A DNA stretch of 55,030 nucleotides from Archangiaceae bacterium. GTDB lineage: Bacteria > Myxococcota > Myxococcia > Myxococcales > Myxococcaceae. The first letter of the stretch is position 1; each line of letters begins with the position of its first letter. The stretch covers positions 1 to 55,030 of the forward strand of contig JAYVCD010000239.1 of the NCBI GenBank assembly GCA_043750125.1, given 5' to 3'. Under the pieces are notes generated by a model. The model was not told where the DNA came from and searched no databases. It worked only from the letters and a program-made list of their open reading frames with translations. Shown here in pieces: positions 9,357 to 18,500 of the stretch. The position numbers and the translations under genes were made by a program.

Positions 9357-11129
9357 GTGTCGCTCTTTGTGTTGCGAGAAGGTTTCAAGGTGGTCACCAC
9401 GCCGGCGGGCGCGGGCCGACTCGTGCACGTGCGAACCGGGGCCGAGCTCGAGGTGTCGACCGAAGACGCGAAGATGCTCGAGCGCCTTGGGACGGGAGGC
9501 CTGGAAGCGACGGACCCCTGGCTGACCGACATCGTCGAACGTTTTCGAGCGCTGCGGCTGTTGGTGCCGGCAGCGAGTGTCTCGGTGCCAGCGCACGGGC
9601 CTTCGGCGATCCCTGCTTCTGCGGCGGCTTCGGGCTCCACGGGCGGGGTGGGCGCGGGTCAGGCGGTGCCGTGCCTGCGGCCGACGTTGAAGGTGAACAC
9701 CAAGGGGCCCTCGTCTTCGCTGGTCAACGTCACCGACCCAGCCACGGGGAAAACCTTTCAGCTGTACGACTTCGAAGTGAGCCTGGCCCGGATGCTCGAT
9801 GGGCGTCGGTCTCACTCCGAGGTGGTTGAAGCGGCGCGACACATCGGGCTTCCGGTCACGTTCGACAGTTTGGTGCGGTTCATTCGCGAGCTCGAAAAGT
9901 ACGGCTTTCTTGCTCCTCCCGGCACGGTGACGGGGGGGCCTGCTGAGCCGTCTTTGTGGCCCGCCCGCGAGCCGTGGGATGAGGCGACCCGCGCGCTGTA
10001 CCAGAGCGGCTTGCGGATGCACCGTCAGGGCCGGTACCACGAGAGCGCGGCCTATTTTGAGGCGATGCTGGTGCAGGATCCGAAGAACGCCGAAGCACGG
10101 CAGATGCTGGACCAGGCGAAACAACGGGCCTCGTTACCCCCCGAAGCGGGCTTGACGCCTTTGCCCGACCTCGGCGATCAGCCGATTGAGCAGTTCGATG
10201 AGTTGTCGTTGGACGATGCACCGGCAGTTGCGGCGGTTGCGAGCGTGGCTGTATCGGTCGATGAGCCCGTGGCGCGCCCTTCGCGACGTCGAATGGCGAT
10301 CGCGCTCGCCGGAGGGCTCGTCGCGTTGGGGGCTCTCGCGTGGAATTTCGCAGGCTCATCAACCCCCGCTCCCGAGGTGGTTCCGGCAGCGGCGGTTCCA
10401 GCAGCCGCGGTTCCGGCAGCGGTAGTTCCAGCAGCCGCGGTTCCGGCAGCCGCGGTTCCGGCAGCCGTGGTTCCAGCAGCCGAGGTTCCGGCAGCCGCGG
10501 TTCCGGTGGTGAATTCAGCTGCAGTTCCAGCTGCCCCTTCGGCTGTTCCGGCCGAGCCAGTTCGAGACGCGGCCGCCGCAGCTCCCGGCCCCTTCGATGC
10601 GGGAACCGTCGCCATCTCAGTCGAGGAGCCTCGTGACGCGAAGGCAGCGGACCCAGGAGCCTCGGGCCGAGCGTGGGAGGTGTTTCCGATTAACAAACGC
10701 GGACGGGTGAAGATGGGGCAGGTGGTCGCCCCAGCCGCCGGAATCGTCTCGTGGAAAACTGCCGCCGAGCAGCGGGTGAAACGAGGCGACCTGGTCGCGG
10801 TAGTCCGAACGGCAGAGGGTGAACAACGCCTGACGGCACCGGTGGCCGGCCTGATGATTCGAACCATCGCCGAGGGTGAGAACGCCCAGGCCGATCAGTC
10901 GTTGGGTGACCTGCTGTACCCCGAGGCCTACTTGCAGACGATCGTCACGGGTGCACGGCCCGACGCTTCCTGGGTGTGCGAGGTCGTCGACGAGGCGTCC
11001 AACCAGCGAGCGGACTGCACCGTGGGCGCCGTCGTCCCCCGGGGCGCTGCCTTCTTCGTCACCGCGATCCTGCTGCCGCGCTGGTTCGATGGGGCGGCCA
11101 ACGCGAAGGTTCGGCTGGCGGCTCCCTGA
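9357..11129 (+). CDS. Membrane protein: two PqqD/RRE-like domains, TPR, TM, Pro/Ala repeat, lipoyl-like/HlyD-adaptor-like C-terminus
   Basis: Probable GTG 9357. VTDPATGKTFQLYDFEVSLARMLDGRRSHSEVV...LEKYGFL (RRE-like), a TPR helix pair, TM, (VPAAA)n, and APAAGIV...VKRGD...LTAPVAG lipoyl half-motifs. Confidence 0.6.
   Translation: MSLFVLREGFKVVTTPAGAGRLVHVRTGAELEVSTEDAKMLERLGTGGLEATDPWLTDIVERFRALRLLVPAASVSVPAHGPSAIPASAAASGSTGGVGAGQAVPCLRPTLKVNTKGPSSSLVNVTDPATGKTFQLYDFEVSLARMLDGRRSHSEVVEAARHIGLPVTFDSLVRFIRELEKYGFLAPPGTVTGGPAEPSLWPAREPWDEATRALYQSGLRMHRQGRYHESAAYFEAMLVQDPKNAEARQMLDQAKQRASLPPEAGLTPLPDLGDQPIEQFDELSLDDAPAVAAVASVAVSVDEPVARPSRRRMAIALAGGLVALGALAWNFAGSSTPAPEVVPAAAVPAAAVPAAVVPAAAVPAAAVPAAVVPAAEVPAAAVPVVNSAAVPAAPSAVPAEPVRDAAAAAPGPFDAGTVAISVEEPRDAKAADPGASGRAWEVFPINKRGRVKMGQVVAPAAGIVSWKTAAEQRVKRGDLVAVVRTAEGEQRLTAPVAGLMIRTIAEGENAQADQSLGDLLYPEAYLQTIVTGARPDASWVCEVVDEASNQRADCTVGAVVPRGAAFFVTAILLPRWFDGAANAKVRLAAP
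10380..10505 (+). repeat. 15-bp coding tandem repeat GTTCC(G/A)GCAGC(C/G)GNN, ~8.4 copies, encoding VPAAA
   Basis: Units start at 10380, 10395, 10410, 10425, 10440, 10455, 10470, 10485 and 10500 (partial). Confidence 0.9.
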
Positions 11130-11133
11130 AGTT

Positions 11134-12258
11134 TCAGGGAGGAAGTTTTCGGTACCGCTCGTAGATCCAGTCGACGACCCAGCGGGTGATGGCCCGGGCT
11201 CCGGCCGGCGAATAATGAATGCCATCGTCGAGACGAAAGCGATTGAGCCGGCCGTCGGAACCGCGAATGAAGGTGGCGTATTCGCCCGCTGAATCAGAGA
11301 CCAACATCTGCAGCTCGAGAAACTCGACCCCCGGCACCTTCTTCGCCGCCTGAGCGAAGATCGCGTTGAGGTACTGGGCATGGTGCGAAAAGCGTCCGGC
11401 GCGCATCGGCGGAAGCCCCAACCACAAGACCCGCGCCCCGCCCATCGCGAGGGTGCGCATCATTTCCATCACCCGCGCCGAGTAGGCGGTGCGCCACCCC
11501 GCTTCACCGAAGTCCACCGGGCGATCTCCGTCCCGAATGCGGGTGCCATCGTTCGCGCCCAGTGAGCAGACAATCAGCCGGGGGTGTTCGCGTTCCAGCA
11601 ACGGAGCCAGGACCTTCATCCAGTCGTAGACGTCGGGCCGCGAAAGGCCGGTCGCGGTCTGAAATGCGTGGACGACGCGCAGTCGGGAGTCTCGTGCGAG
11701 CGCCCGTGAGACCGCTGCGCCCAGACTGCCGCCGATCATCGAATCGCCCATCAGCAAGACGGTGACCGCGGAATCTTTACTGGGGCTTCCGGGGAGCTTC
11801 GTGCCTTCGACAATCTCGGGCAGCGCTTCGGGCGGGGGCAGGCTCGCTTCCTTCGCGGCTGCAATCGGCGCTGCTTCGCCGGGGTCATCCCACCCCTCTG
11901 CGAGCAAGGGGTCTTCGCTGGCACCGAGCATGCGACCCACCCACGCCCCCGAGCCGACCGCCCACCGACGGGGGCCGGTCAAGCCCAGGTGGTCCATCGC
12001 GGTGTTGATCGGGCCGAGCACTGAACGCCAGGCGCTCTGCACCGGACCGAGATCCATTCTCTGGACCCAGGTGAGCAACCCCTCGGAATCGAACGCCACC
12101 AGCAGGGCCGCGCAGATTCCCAACACCAGCGCGACTTCGCGCAACCGATATTCCCGAACGGCCGGCGCTCCATCTGAGGTTGCGTCCTCGTCATGTGCGG
12201 CGACCGCCCGCGCCAGAGCACTGTGCAGATTCTCGGCGGGCGGAATTGAACCGTTCAT
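11134..12258 (-). CDS. SGNH/GDSL hydrolase-fold O-acetyltransferase (DUF459/PatB-like)
   Basis: ATG 12258 overlaps the MBOAT stop. GDSM, GLSRPD..DW, GANDG and DGIHY catalytic motifs. Confidence 0.85.
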   Translation of the reverse strand: MNGSIPPAENLHSALARAVAAHDEDATSDGAPAVREYRLREVALVLGICAALLVAFDSEGLLTWVQRMDLGPVQSAWRSVLGPINTAMDHLGLTGPRRWAVGSGAWVGRMLGASEDPLLAEGWDDPGEAAPIAAAKEASLPPPEALPEIVEGTKLPGSPSKDSAVTVLLMGDSMIGGSLGAAVSRALARDSRLRVVHAFQTATGLSRPDVYDWMKVLAPLLEREHPRLIVCSLGANDGTRIRDGDRPVDFGEAGWRTAYSARVMEMMRTLAMGGARVLWLGLPPMRAGRFSHHAQYLNAIFAQAAKKVPGVEFLELQMLVSDSAGEYATFIRGSDGRLNRFRLDDGIHYSPAGARAITRWVVDWIYERYRKLPP

Positions 12259-13682
12259 CAGAATTGAAAGTAGATGAAAGGCGCCACGCCCCGCGGGCCC
12301 CACGCGTCGATCAGCAACAGGGCGATTGCGAACACCAGGCCCTGCACGGGAAGAGGAAGGCGCGCAGCCCACTGCAGTGCGGCGCGGCGGCCGGGCAACA
12401 GCTGTCCTCCCAGGCCTGCGGCAATCGCCAGCAGCACCGCGGGGCCCAGAGAGAAGCGGGCACTTGCGGCGAACAGCGCGGCGAGCAAGTCCCCAGCAGA
12501 TCCCAACGAGGTCGAACGGAACAGCACCCAGCCCAGGCAGACGAAATGAAACGTCAACACCGGAGCGGCGACCTTCCACACCCTCAGCGCCCTGAACCCC
12601 TGCACCCACCGGGTGTTCGCTTCCGACCAGACCCGATGCGCGACGAGCCAGGCGCCGTGAAAGAAGCCCCAGGCCACGAAGGTCCAGGCCGCGCCGTGCC
12701 AGAGGCCGCCGAGCAGCATCGTGATCCCGACGGTCAGCGCGGTGCGCACCCGACCGCCGCGGGATCCTCCGAGGGGAATGAAGAGGTAATCGCGCAACCA
12801 GCTCGAGAGTGAGATGTGCCAGCGACGCCAGAAATCACGGGGGCTGTCGGCCCGGTAGGGGGCGTCGAAGTTGACGGGGATTTTGTAGCCGAGCAGCAAC
12901 GCCGAACCGACCGCGATGTCGCTGTATCCGGAAAAATCGCAGTAGATCTGAACCGCGTACCCGTAGATCGCCAACAGCACTTCGAGGCCGGAATGATCTG
13001 CGGGCGACTCGAACACCGGGTCCACCAGGCGGGTCGCCAACAGCTGGGCGATCAACACCTTCTTTCCCAGCCCGACCACGATCATTTCCATCGCCCGCGC
13101 CGCGTCGATCTTCACCGCCGCCCCAGGCGCAGCCAGCTGGGGAAGAAAGACCGAGGCCCGCAGAATGGGACCTGCCACCAGCTGGGGAAAGAAGGCGACG
13201 TAGAGCAGTGAGTCGACCGCGCGTACCTTCACGGGGATCGCCCCCCGAAAGGCGTCGACCATCAACGAGATGGCGTGGAAGACAAAAAACGAAATGCCCA
13301 TCGGAAGAGCGATTTCGGGCAGGTGGGTCGGCCCAAGGTTCAGTCCCAACAGCGCCAGCAACCCCATCAGGTTGGCCGCGGCAAACCCAAGGTACTTGAA
13401 GACGGCCAGGGTCCCGAGGCAGATGACAATTCCACCGGCCAACAACCCGCCGCGAGCGCGCGTCTGACGGGGGTCGAGCACCTGAAGTCCGCGGGCCACG
13501 GTCCCCCCCAGCAGCGCGATGCCGACCAGCAGTGGAACGAAGCGCCAGTCCCAGTACGCGTAGAAGCCGCAGCTGGCGACGACCAGCATCGCTTTGTGCG
13601 CCGCGAGCCAGGGCCGAAGGGTCCAGGCGATCGCAAACACGGCGAGGAAAAAAACGGCGTAGTCGACGGTGGGGAAGAGCAC
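12258..13682 (-). CDS. MBOAT family O-acyltransferase (AlgI/DltB/PatA-like)
   Basis: LPMGISFF, FFPQLVAGPI, DFSGYSD, FWRRWHISLSSWLRDYL, GLWHGA. Confidence 0.93.
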   Translation of the reverse strand: MLFPTVDYAVFFLAVFAIAWTLRPWLAAHKAMLVVASCGFYAYWDWRFVPLLVGIALLGGTVARGLQVLDPRQTRARGGLLAGGIVICLGTLAVFKYLGFAAANLMGLLALLGLNLGPTHLPEIALPMGISFFVFHAISLMVDAFRGAIPVKVRAVDSLLYVAFFPQLVAGPILRASVFLPQLAAPGAAVKIDAARAMEMIVVGLGKKVLIAQLLATRLVDPVFESPADHSGLEVLLAIYGYAVQIYCDFSGYSDIAVGSALLLGYKIPVNFDAPYRADSPRDFWRRWHISLSSWLRDYLFIPLGGSRGGRVRTALTVGITMLLGGLWHGAAWTFVAWGFFHGAWLVAHRVWSEANTRWVQGFRALRVWKVAAPVLTFHFVCLGWVLFRSTSLGSAGDLLAALFAASARFSLGPAVLLAIAAGLGGQLLPGRRAALQWAARLPLPVQGLVFAIALLLIDAWGPRGVAPFIYFQF

Positions 13683-13693
13683 CAGGCAGCAGC

Positions 13694-14674
13694 TTAAGGG
13701 TCGGTTTGCTCTTGCAGGTATTCGCCGACCACGTTGAGCAGCTCATTGAGCGCGACCGGCTTGCGCAGGTAATCGGTGGCGCCCGCTTCGTCCGCCACCT
13801 CGTGCAGCCGTTCGAGCGCAAGCGACGAGACGAACACCACCGGAATGTCCGCCAGCTCTACGTCCGAGCGCATCGTCTTGCAGACGTCCACTCCGTCGAG
13901 GCCCGGCATCAAAATGTCGAGCACCACCAGCTTCGGCTTCAGCTCGCGCACCATCGAGAGCGCCTGGTGCCCATTCTTCGCCTTGTGGACCTCGTAGCCA
14001 TAACGAGAGAGCACCCGGTTGAGGAAGTCGAGGATCGCCGGTTCATCGTCGGCGATCAGCACGGTCGGCTTTCCCGGCCAGGGTTGCCCGGCGAGGCGAT
14101 CGAGCTGGGTGCGAAGGTGCTCGCGGGCCTCCTCGGTGGCGTCCATCCACCTCAGTCCGACCGCGCGGCCATCGAGGTTGTCGCGGGTGACCTCGGCCTT
14201 CAGCTGCACTTTCACCCCGTCGTCCAGCTCGATCTCGACCTCGACCGACTGCCCGGCCATCAGTGGCGCCAGGGTATCGAGCTGGCAACCCGTCTCGGAC
14301 AGGTCGCGCGCGAACGCGGTGTTCGGCAACGGCGGTCGGGTGAGCTTCACCGGCAGGGTGCAGGGCAACCGACGGGTGCGGCGACCGGGCTTGGGCGCTT
14401 CGGTGTGGCTCAAGCCGATGAGCTTTCGCACCCGCTCGATTTCTTCATCTTCGAAGCGGACCCAGACGCCGACTTTGAACAGCTTGCTGTCGCGACGCAG
14501 CCCGACGACCTGCGCGTTGGCGATCAACGCCATTCCGTCGAGGTGGAGCTCGATTGCAGTGAGCTCTCCGAGGCGAGGTCGTTCGACGGTGCCGATGAAG
14601 ATCCGGTCTTTGTTGCCCCGCAGCATCTCGGCCCAGAGTTGGTACTTGTCGCGAAAGTCGAGTCGAAGAGCCAC
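13694..14674 (-). CDS. PilZ-PilZ-REC response regulator
   Basis: Second PilZ has RRTRR and DLSETG motifs. C-terminal REC has IADDE, LDILMP and YLRKP. Confidence 0.82.
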   Translation of the reverse strand: MALRLDFRDKYQLWAEMLRGNKDRIFIGTVERPRLGELTAIELHLDGMALIANAQVVGLRRDSKLFKVGVWVRFEDEEIERVRKLIGLSHTEAPKPGRRTRRLPCTLPVKLTRPPLPNTAFARDLSETGCQLDTLAPLMAGQSVEVEIELDDGVKVQLKAEVTRDNLDGRAVGLRWMDATEEAREHLRTQLDRLAGQPWPGKPTVLIADDEPAILDFLNRVLSRYGYEVHKAKNGHQALSMVRELKPKLVVLDILMPGLDGVDVCKTMRSDVELADIPVVFVSSLALERLHEVADEAGATDYLRKPVALNELLNVVGEYLQEQTDP

Positions 14675-14703
14675 GGTTCGGAAACGCTCTTACCAGATGC
14701 CGG

Positions 14704-15759
14704 TTAGCCCAGCTTGAGCCGTGCGATCACTTCGTCCGCGGCCGCGGTCGTGGACAGGGTCCCGCCGAGGTCCCGAGTCGTCTTCCCGTCGGCGACGGCC
14801 GCCTGAATCGCCGTTTCCAGGGCTTCGGCCGAGCGGGTGTGACCCAGATCGCGAAGCATCAGCGCGCTGGTGAGCAGGCTGGCCACCGGGTTGACGATGC
14901 CCTTCCCGGCGATGTCGGGGGCCGACCCGTGCACCGGCTCGAACAGGGGCGTCGAGGTCGGGTTGAGGTTCGCCGACGCAGCCACGCCCAGCCCGCCGGT
15001 GAGTCCTGCTCCGAGGTCGGTGAGGATGTCGCCGAACAGGTTGGTGGTGACGATGACGTCGAAGTCCTCGGGCTTGATCACCATCTGCATCGCCAGCGCG
15101 TCGACGTAGTAGTGCCGGGCGTCGATTTCCCGATACTCGATCTGAACCTCTTTGAAGGTCCGCAGCCACAGCTCGTGGGCGGCGATCGCGTTGCTCTTTT
15201 CTGCCAGCGCGACCCGTTGCTTTCCGTTTCTCTTCGCCCACTCGAAAGCCGCCCGGATGATCCGTTCGACGCCTTTGCGGGTGTTGATCTCTTCGGCCAC
15301 CGCGATTTCGTCAGCGGTCCCCTTTTTGAAGACCCCACCGATTCCGTTGTACATGCCCTCGGTGTTTTCCCGGAACACGACGAAATCGAGCTCTTTGCGG
15401 CCCTTGCCCTTCAGCGGCGAGAGCCGGTCGTCCAACAGGCGGCAGGGCCGGAAGTTGATGTACAGGTCGAGCCCGAAGCGCAGCCCGAGAAGAATTTCGC
15501 GGGCATGCACCTGGCCGGGGACCCGGGGGTCTCCGACGGCTCCGAACAAGATCGCGTCGAAGTCGTTGCGGAAAATTTCGATCTGTCCGGCGGGCATCGC
15601 CACGCCCGTCTTCAGGTAGCGCTCGGCCCCGAAGTCGAATTGCTCGAACTGCAAGCCCAGCTTGTGGGCCTCGTTGATCAACCCCAGCACACGCACCGAC
15701 TCGGCCGTGACTTCGATGCCGGCCCCGTCTCCGGGGATGACTGCAATCTTGGCGACCAT
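14704..15759 (-). CDS. leuB: 3-isopropylmalate dehydrogenase (isocitrate/isopropylmalate/tartrate dehydrogenase family)
   Basis: IPGDGAGIEV, RENTEG, NLFGDILTDL, FEPVHGSAPDIAGKG. Exact substrate not provable from sequence. Confidence 0.78.
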   Translation of the reverse strand: MVAKIAVIPGDGAGIEVTAESVRVLGLINEAHKLGLQFEQFDFGAERYLKTGVAMPAGQIEIFRNDFDAILFGAVGDPRVPGQVHAREILLGLRFGLDLYINFRPCRLLDDRLSPLKGKGRKELDFVVFRENTEGMYNGIGGVFKKGTADEIAVAEEINTRKGVERIIRAAFEWAKRNGKQRVALAEKSNAIAAHELWLRTFKEVQIEYREIDARHYYVDALAMQMVIKPEDFDVIVTTNLFGDILTDLGAGLTGGLGVAASANLNPTSTPLFEPVHGSAPDIAGKGIVNPVASLLTSALMLRDLGHTRSAEALETAIQAAVADGKTTRDLGGTLSTTAAADEVIARLKLG

Positions 15760-15767
15760 CTGTAGTT

Positions 15768-16835
15768 TCAGCTCCCGTGAAGGGACAGCGGAGGGCGCTC
15801 TTCGCCGGTGAAGACCCGAAGCGCAAGGTACTCGTGGTATCGGCACTGCAGCGTCAGGGTGTCGCCCGGGACAATCTGGGTCGGCCCGGGAGGATGAAGC
15901 GACTCTGTCCCCCCTTGTTTTCGCAGCGAGACCGTCAGCCCGCCGAAGCGATCGCGCACCGCCGAGATGTTGAGCTCGGACAGCTTGGGACCCGCTACGA
16001 AGTGCGAGACGACCAGCAGATGTTCCCCGACCGAGAAGCTGTGGATGATGCGCGGGTCGAGGCTGGTGAGCGCCATCGTCTGGCCCGCGAGCACCGAGGT
16101 CGAGTGGGCCTCGGCGCGAAAATTCTCTCGCACCCGCGCCGCGAGATCTTCATCGAAGAGCCGCATCACGATTCGAATCTCGGGGTTGGCTTTGCGCGCG
16201 TCGAGCCCGACGTTGATGTTGCCGAGGTCATCGTCGGTGCAGCAGACGATCGCCTGGGCATGCTTCACGTTCAGTCGCATCAGCGCCCGGGGGTTGCGCG
16301 CATCGTCGATCAAGACCGGGACGTTGAGGTCCTGCAGCTGGGTCGCGAACGGGGCCCCTTCGTTCTTCTCGATCACCACCACTTCCTTGCCCAGCGCCGT
16401 CAGCTGGTTGGCGATTCGGAAGCCGACCCGCCCTGCTCCACAGACGATGATGTGTCCCCGCATCGATTCGGCGATCACTTCGGTCCACTCCCGGTCAGAG
16501 GTCTTCTTGGCGAAGAACAAGTAGGCAAATCGCACCACCCCGTCGACGACCGCCAACAGTCCGAACGGAGGAATGAGGATGTTGAGCGCTTCGATCGTCG
16601 GGTTGTCGACAAACTCCAGCGAGGGCTGCCCGAAGAGCAGGAAGTAGACGTGACTGAGCGCGCGGCCCCAACCGATCGGGAGCCCGTTGGCGGTCGGGTA
16701 GTTGAAGACGTAGAGCCACGGCAACACGCCGAACAGAATCAGCGCGAACAGGACCGTGATTCGAAAGCGCCGCCCAATGGCGGTGACGTAGCGAAGGCGG
16801 GTGGCCAGCGAACGGCGCTGCGGGCGGAGCTCCAT
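15768..16835 (-). CDS. TrkA/RCK NAD-binding potassium channel protein
   Basis: Two TM segments, then HIIVCGAGRVG (TrkA_N) and a TrkA_C-like tail. Confidence 0.85.
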   Translation of the reverse strand: MELRPQRRSLATRLRYVTAIGRRFRITVLFALILFGVLPWLYVFNYPTANGLPIGWGRALSHVYFLLFGQPSLEFVDNPTIEALNILIPPFGLLAVVDGVVRFAYLFFAKKTSDREWTEVIAESMRGHIIVCGAGRVGFRIANQLTALGKEVVVIEKNEGAPFATQLQDLNVPVLIDDARNPRALMRLNVKHAQAIVCCTDDDLGNINVGLDARKANPEIRIVMRLFDEDLAARVRENFRAEAHSTSVLAGQTMALTSLDPRIIHSFSVGEHLLVVSHFVAGPKLSELNISAVRDRFGGLTVSLRKQGGTESLHPPGPTQIVPGDTLTLQCRYHEYLALRVFTGEERPPLSLHGS

Positions 16836-16884
16836 CGGGCAGCGACGTTGACTACCACACCCGGTGGGCGTGGCCGTCGAGACT

Positions 16885-18285
16885 TCACTTCACCAAAAAG
16901 AGGCCCTTGAGGTCTTCGGTCAGGCTGATCGGGTTGCCCGCATTGCCGAGCGCAGTCGCCCGCCACTGGTAGATCAGGCCCGGCTTCAAGGGGACCAGGC
17001 CCCCGTACGCGACCGCGATGTTTCCCGCCGCGTTCTTCACATCGAGCACCGCGGGGTTTCCCCAGACCTTCACCCCCGACGAGCTGAACACCACCAGGTC
17101 ATAGGTCTTCGCGCTCGAGTACGGCTTCCAGGTGAACGTCGGGGTGCCGGCGATTTCTTCGATCGTGTCGGACGCGCCCGGAGACACCGTCTCGATCGCG
17201 CCGGTCACTTTGAAGGACGGGTTGACGCTTGCCACCCCGTTGGAAACGGTGACGTGGGCCAGCTGGGTGCCCGAAATGTTCGGGTCGGGATCCCGGACGT
17301 TGCCGTCGTTTTCAAACGCGGCAAGCACCACGTACTTTCCGTCGGGGATGCCGCTGATGCTGTAGCTGCCAGTCAGGGTGGGGCCGCCGGTCTCGGGCGC
17401 GCGCAGTCCGGAGACCAAATCTCCTCGCGCGAGCACTTCGATGAAGGTGCTCTCGATCGCCATCACCACGCTGGTCCCCGCTCCATTGGCGCCCCCGACC
17501 AGGCTCACCGAGCCCGTCATCGTCGCGGTCGAAACGGTGCTCTTCTTCAGGGCCACGCCGGTGGTGTCCGAGCCGGCGACGGCGATCACGTCGACCGCGG
17601 TGAAGTTGCTGCCCTTGCTGTAGGCCTGTGCCTTGTACGAACCGGGCGCCACGTTGAAGAGGTGGAAGGCCCCGGCGCCATCGGTGGGGGTCGAGTAGGT
17701 CCTGGCCCCCTCGAGCACGACCAGCGCCGACTGACCCGTGGCCAGCTCGACGGTTCCGCTGACTCCTTTGTTTCCTTTTTCCGCGTCCGACAGCGCGGCG
17801 AGCGCGAGGTCAGTCAGGCTGTTGGCGAGGATCAGCGGCTTGCCCTCGGCCTGGGCCTTCGCGGTGCTGGTGTCGATCGGAAGCGAATTGCGAACCCCCG
17901 AGGGGAAGGCCTGAAAATCCTGGGCCGCCGCGCGCAACATCACCGTACGGAAAATGGGTGTCCCCTTGTCATCACTGCGCTCGGTTTCGACCCGCAGCGA
18001 CCAGGCCCCGGCGGAATCCGAGTGAGCGATGGCCCCGGCGGGAACCCCGTTCACGTCGACCGCAGAGACTTCCGCGCCTGAGATCGGCGTCGTCGCCCCG
18101 AGCACCTTCACCGTGCCCTGCAGCATCAGCGGCTGGAAGCAGTACGGGTTGCCCTTGTCCTTCACCCGCTCGCACACCAACCCATTGGTGCAGGTCGTGG
18201 GGTCGGTCAGCTTGCAGGTCTGCGGACCAGATGGAGTGCAGCCTGCGAACGCGAGCAGCGCGGCGAGGATCGAGCTGAATTTCAT
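16885..18285 (-). CDS. Lipoprotein with carboxypeptidase-regulatory-like beta-sandwich repeats
   Basis: Lipobox LAFAGC, Cys-rich N-terminus, and TDGAGAFHLFNVAPGSY / YSISGIPDGKY repeats. Confidence 0.75.
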   Translation of the reverse strand: MKFSSILAALLAFAGCTPSGPQTCKLTDPTTCTNGLVCERVKDKGNPYCFQPLMLQGTVKVLGATTPISGAEVSAVDVNGVPAGAIAHSDSAGAWSLRVETERSDDKGTPIFRTVMLRAAAQDFQAFPSGVRNSLPIDTSTAKAQAEGKPLILANSLTDLALAALSDAEKGNKGVSGTVELATGQSALVVLEGARTYSTPTDGAGAFHLFNVAPGSYKAQAYSKGSNFTAVDVIAVAGSDTTGVALKKSTVSTATMTGSVSLVGGANGAGTSVVMAIESTFIEVLARGDLVSGLRAPETGGPTLTGSYSISGIPDGKYVVLAAFENDGNVRDPDPNISGTQLAHVTVSNGVASVNPSFKVTGAIETVSPGASDTIEEIAGTPTFTWKPYSSAKTYDLVVFSSSGVKVWGNPAVLDVKNAAGNIAVAYGGLVPLKPGLIYQWRATALGNAGNPISLTEDLKGLFLVK

Positions 18286-18500
18286 GACGACTCCGGAGTG
18301 GGGAATCCGCGAACCGCTACAAGGTTCGGGCCAGTGAAGGCGTGGCGCGGCGCGGGTTTATCGCCGCGCTCTAACACGAACCCCGACAGACCGGTCGCGC
18401 GGACGACGCGGGTGCCCTGTGAGCCGTATGGAAGTGTAGGGAGAAGGTTTTAGCTGCGGAGCTTGTGTGTCGAAGGAACCCGGACCTAGACCGCGCGTCC

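Noticed and set aside
10380-10505. Possible CRISPR array (also the repeats near 2430, 18684 and 54900)
   Set aside because: Tandem in-frame coding repeats without spacers, and no cas genes in the window.
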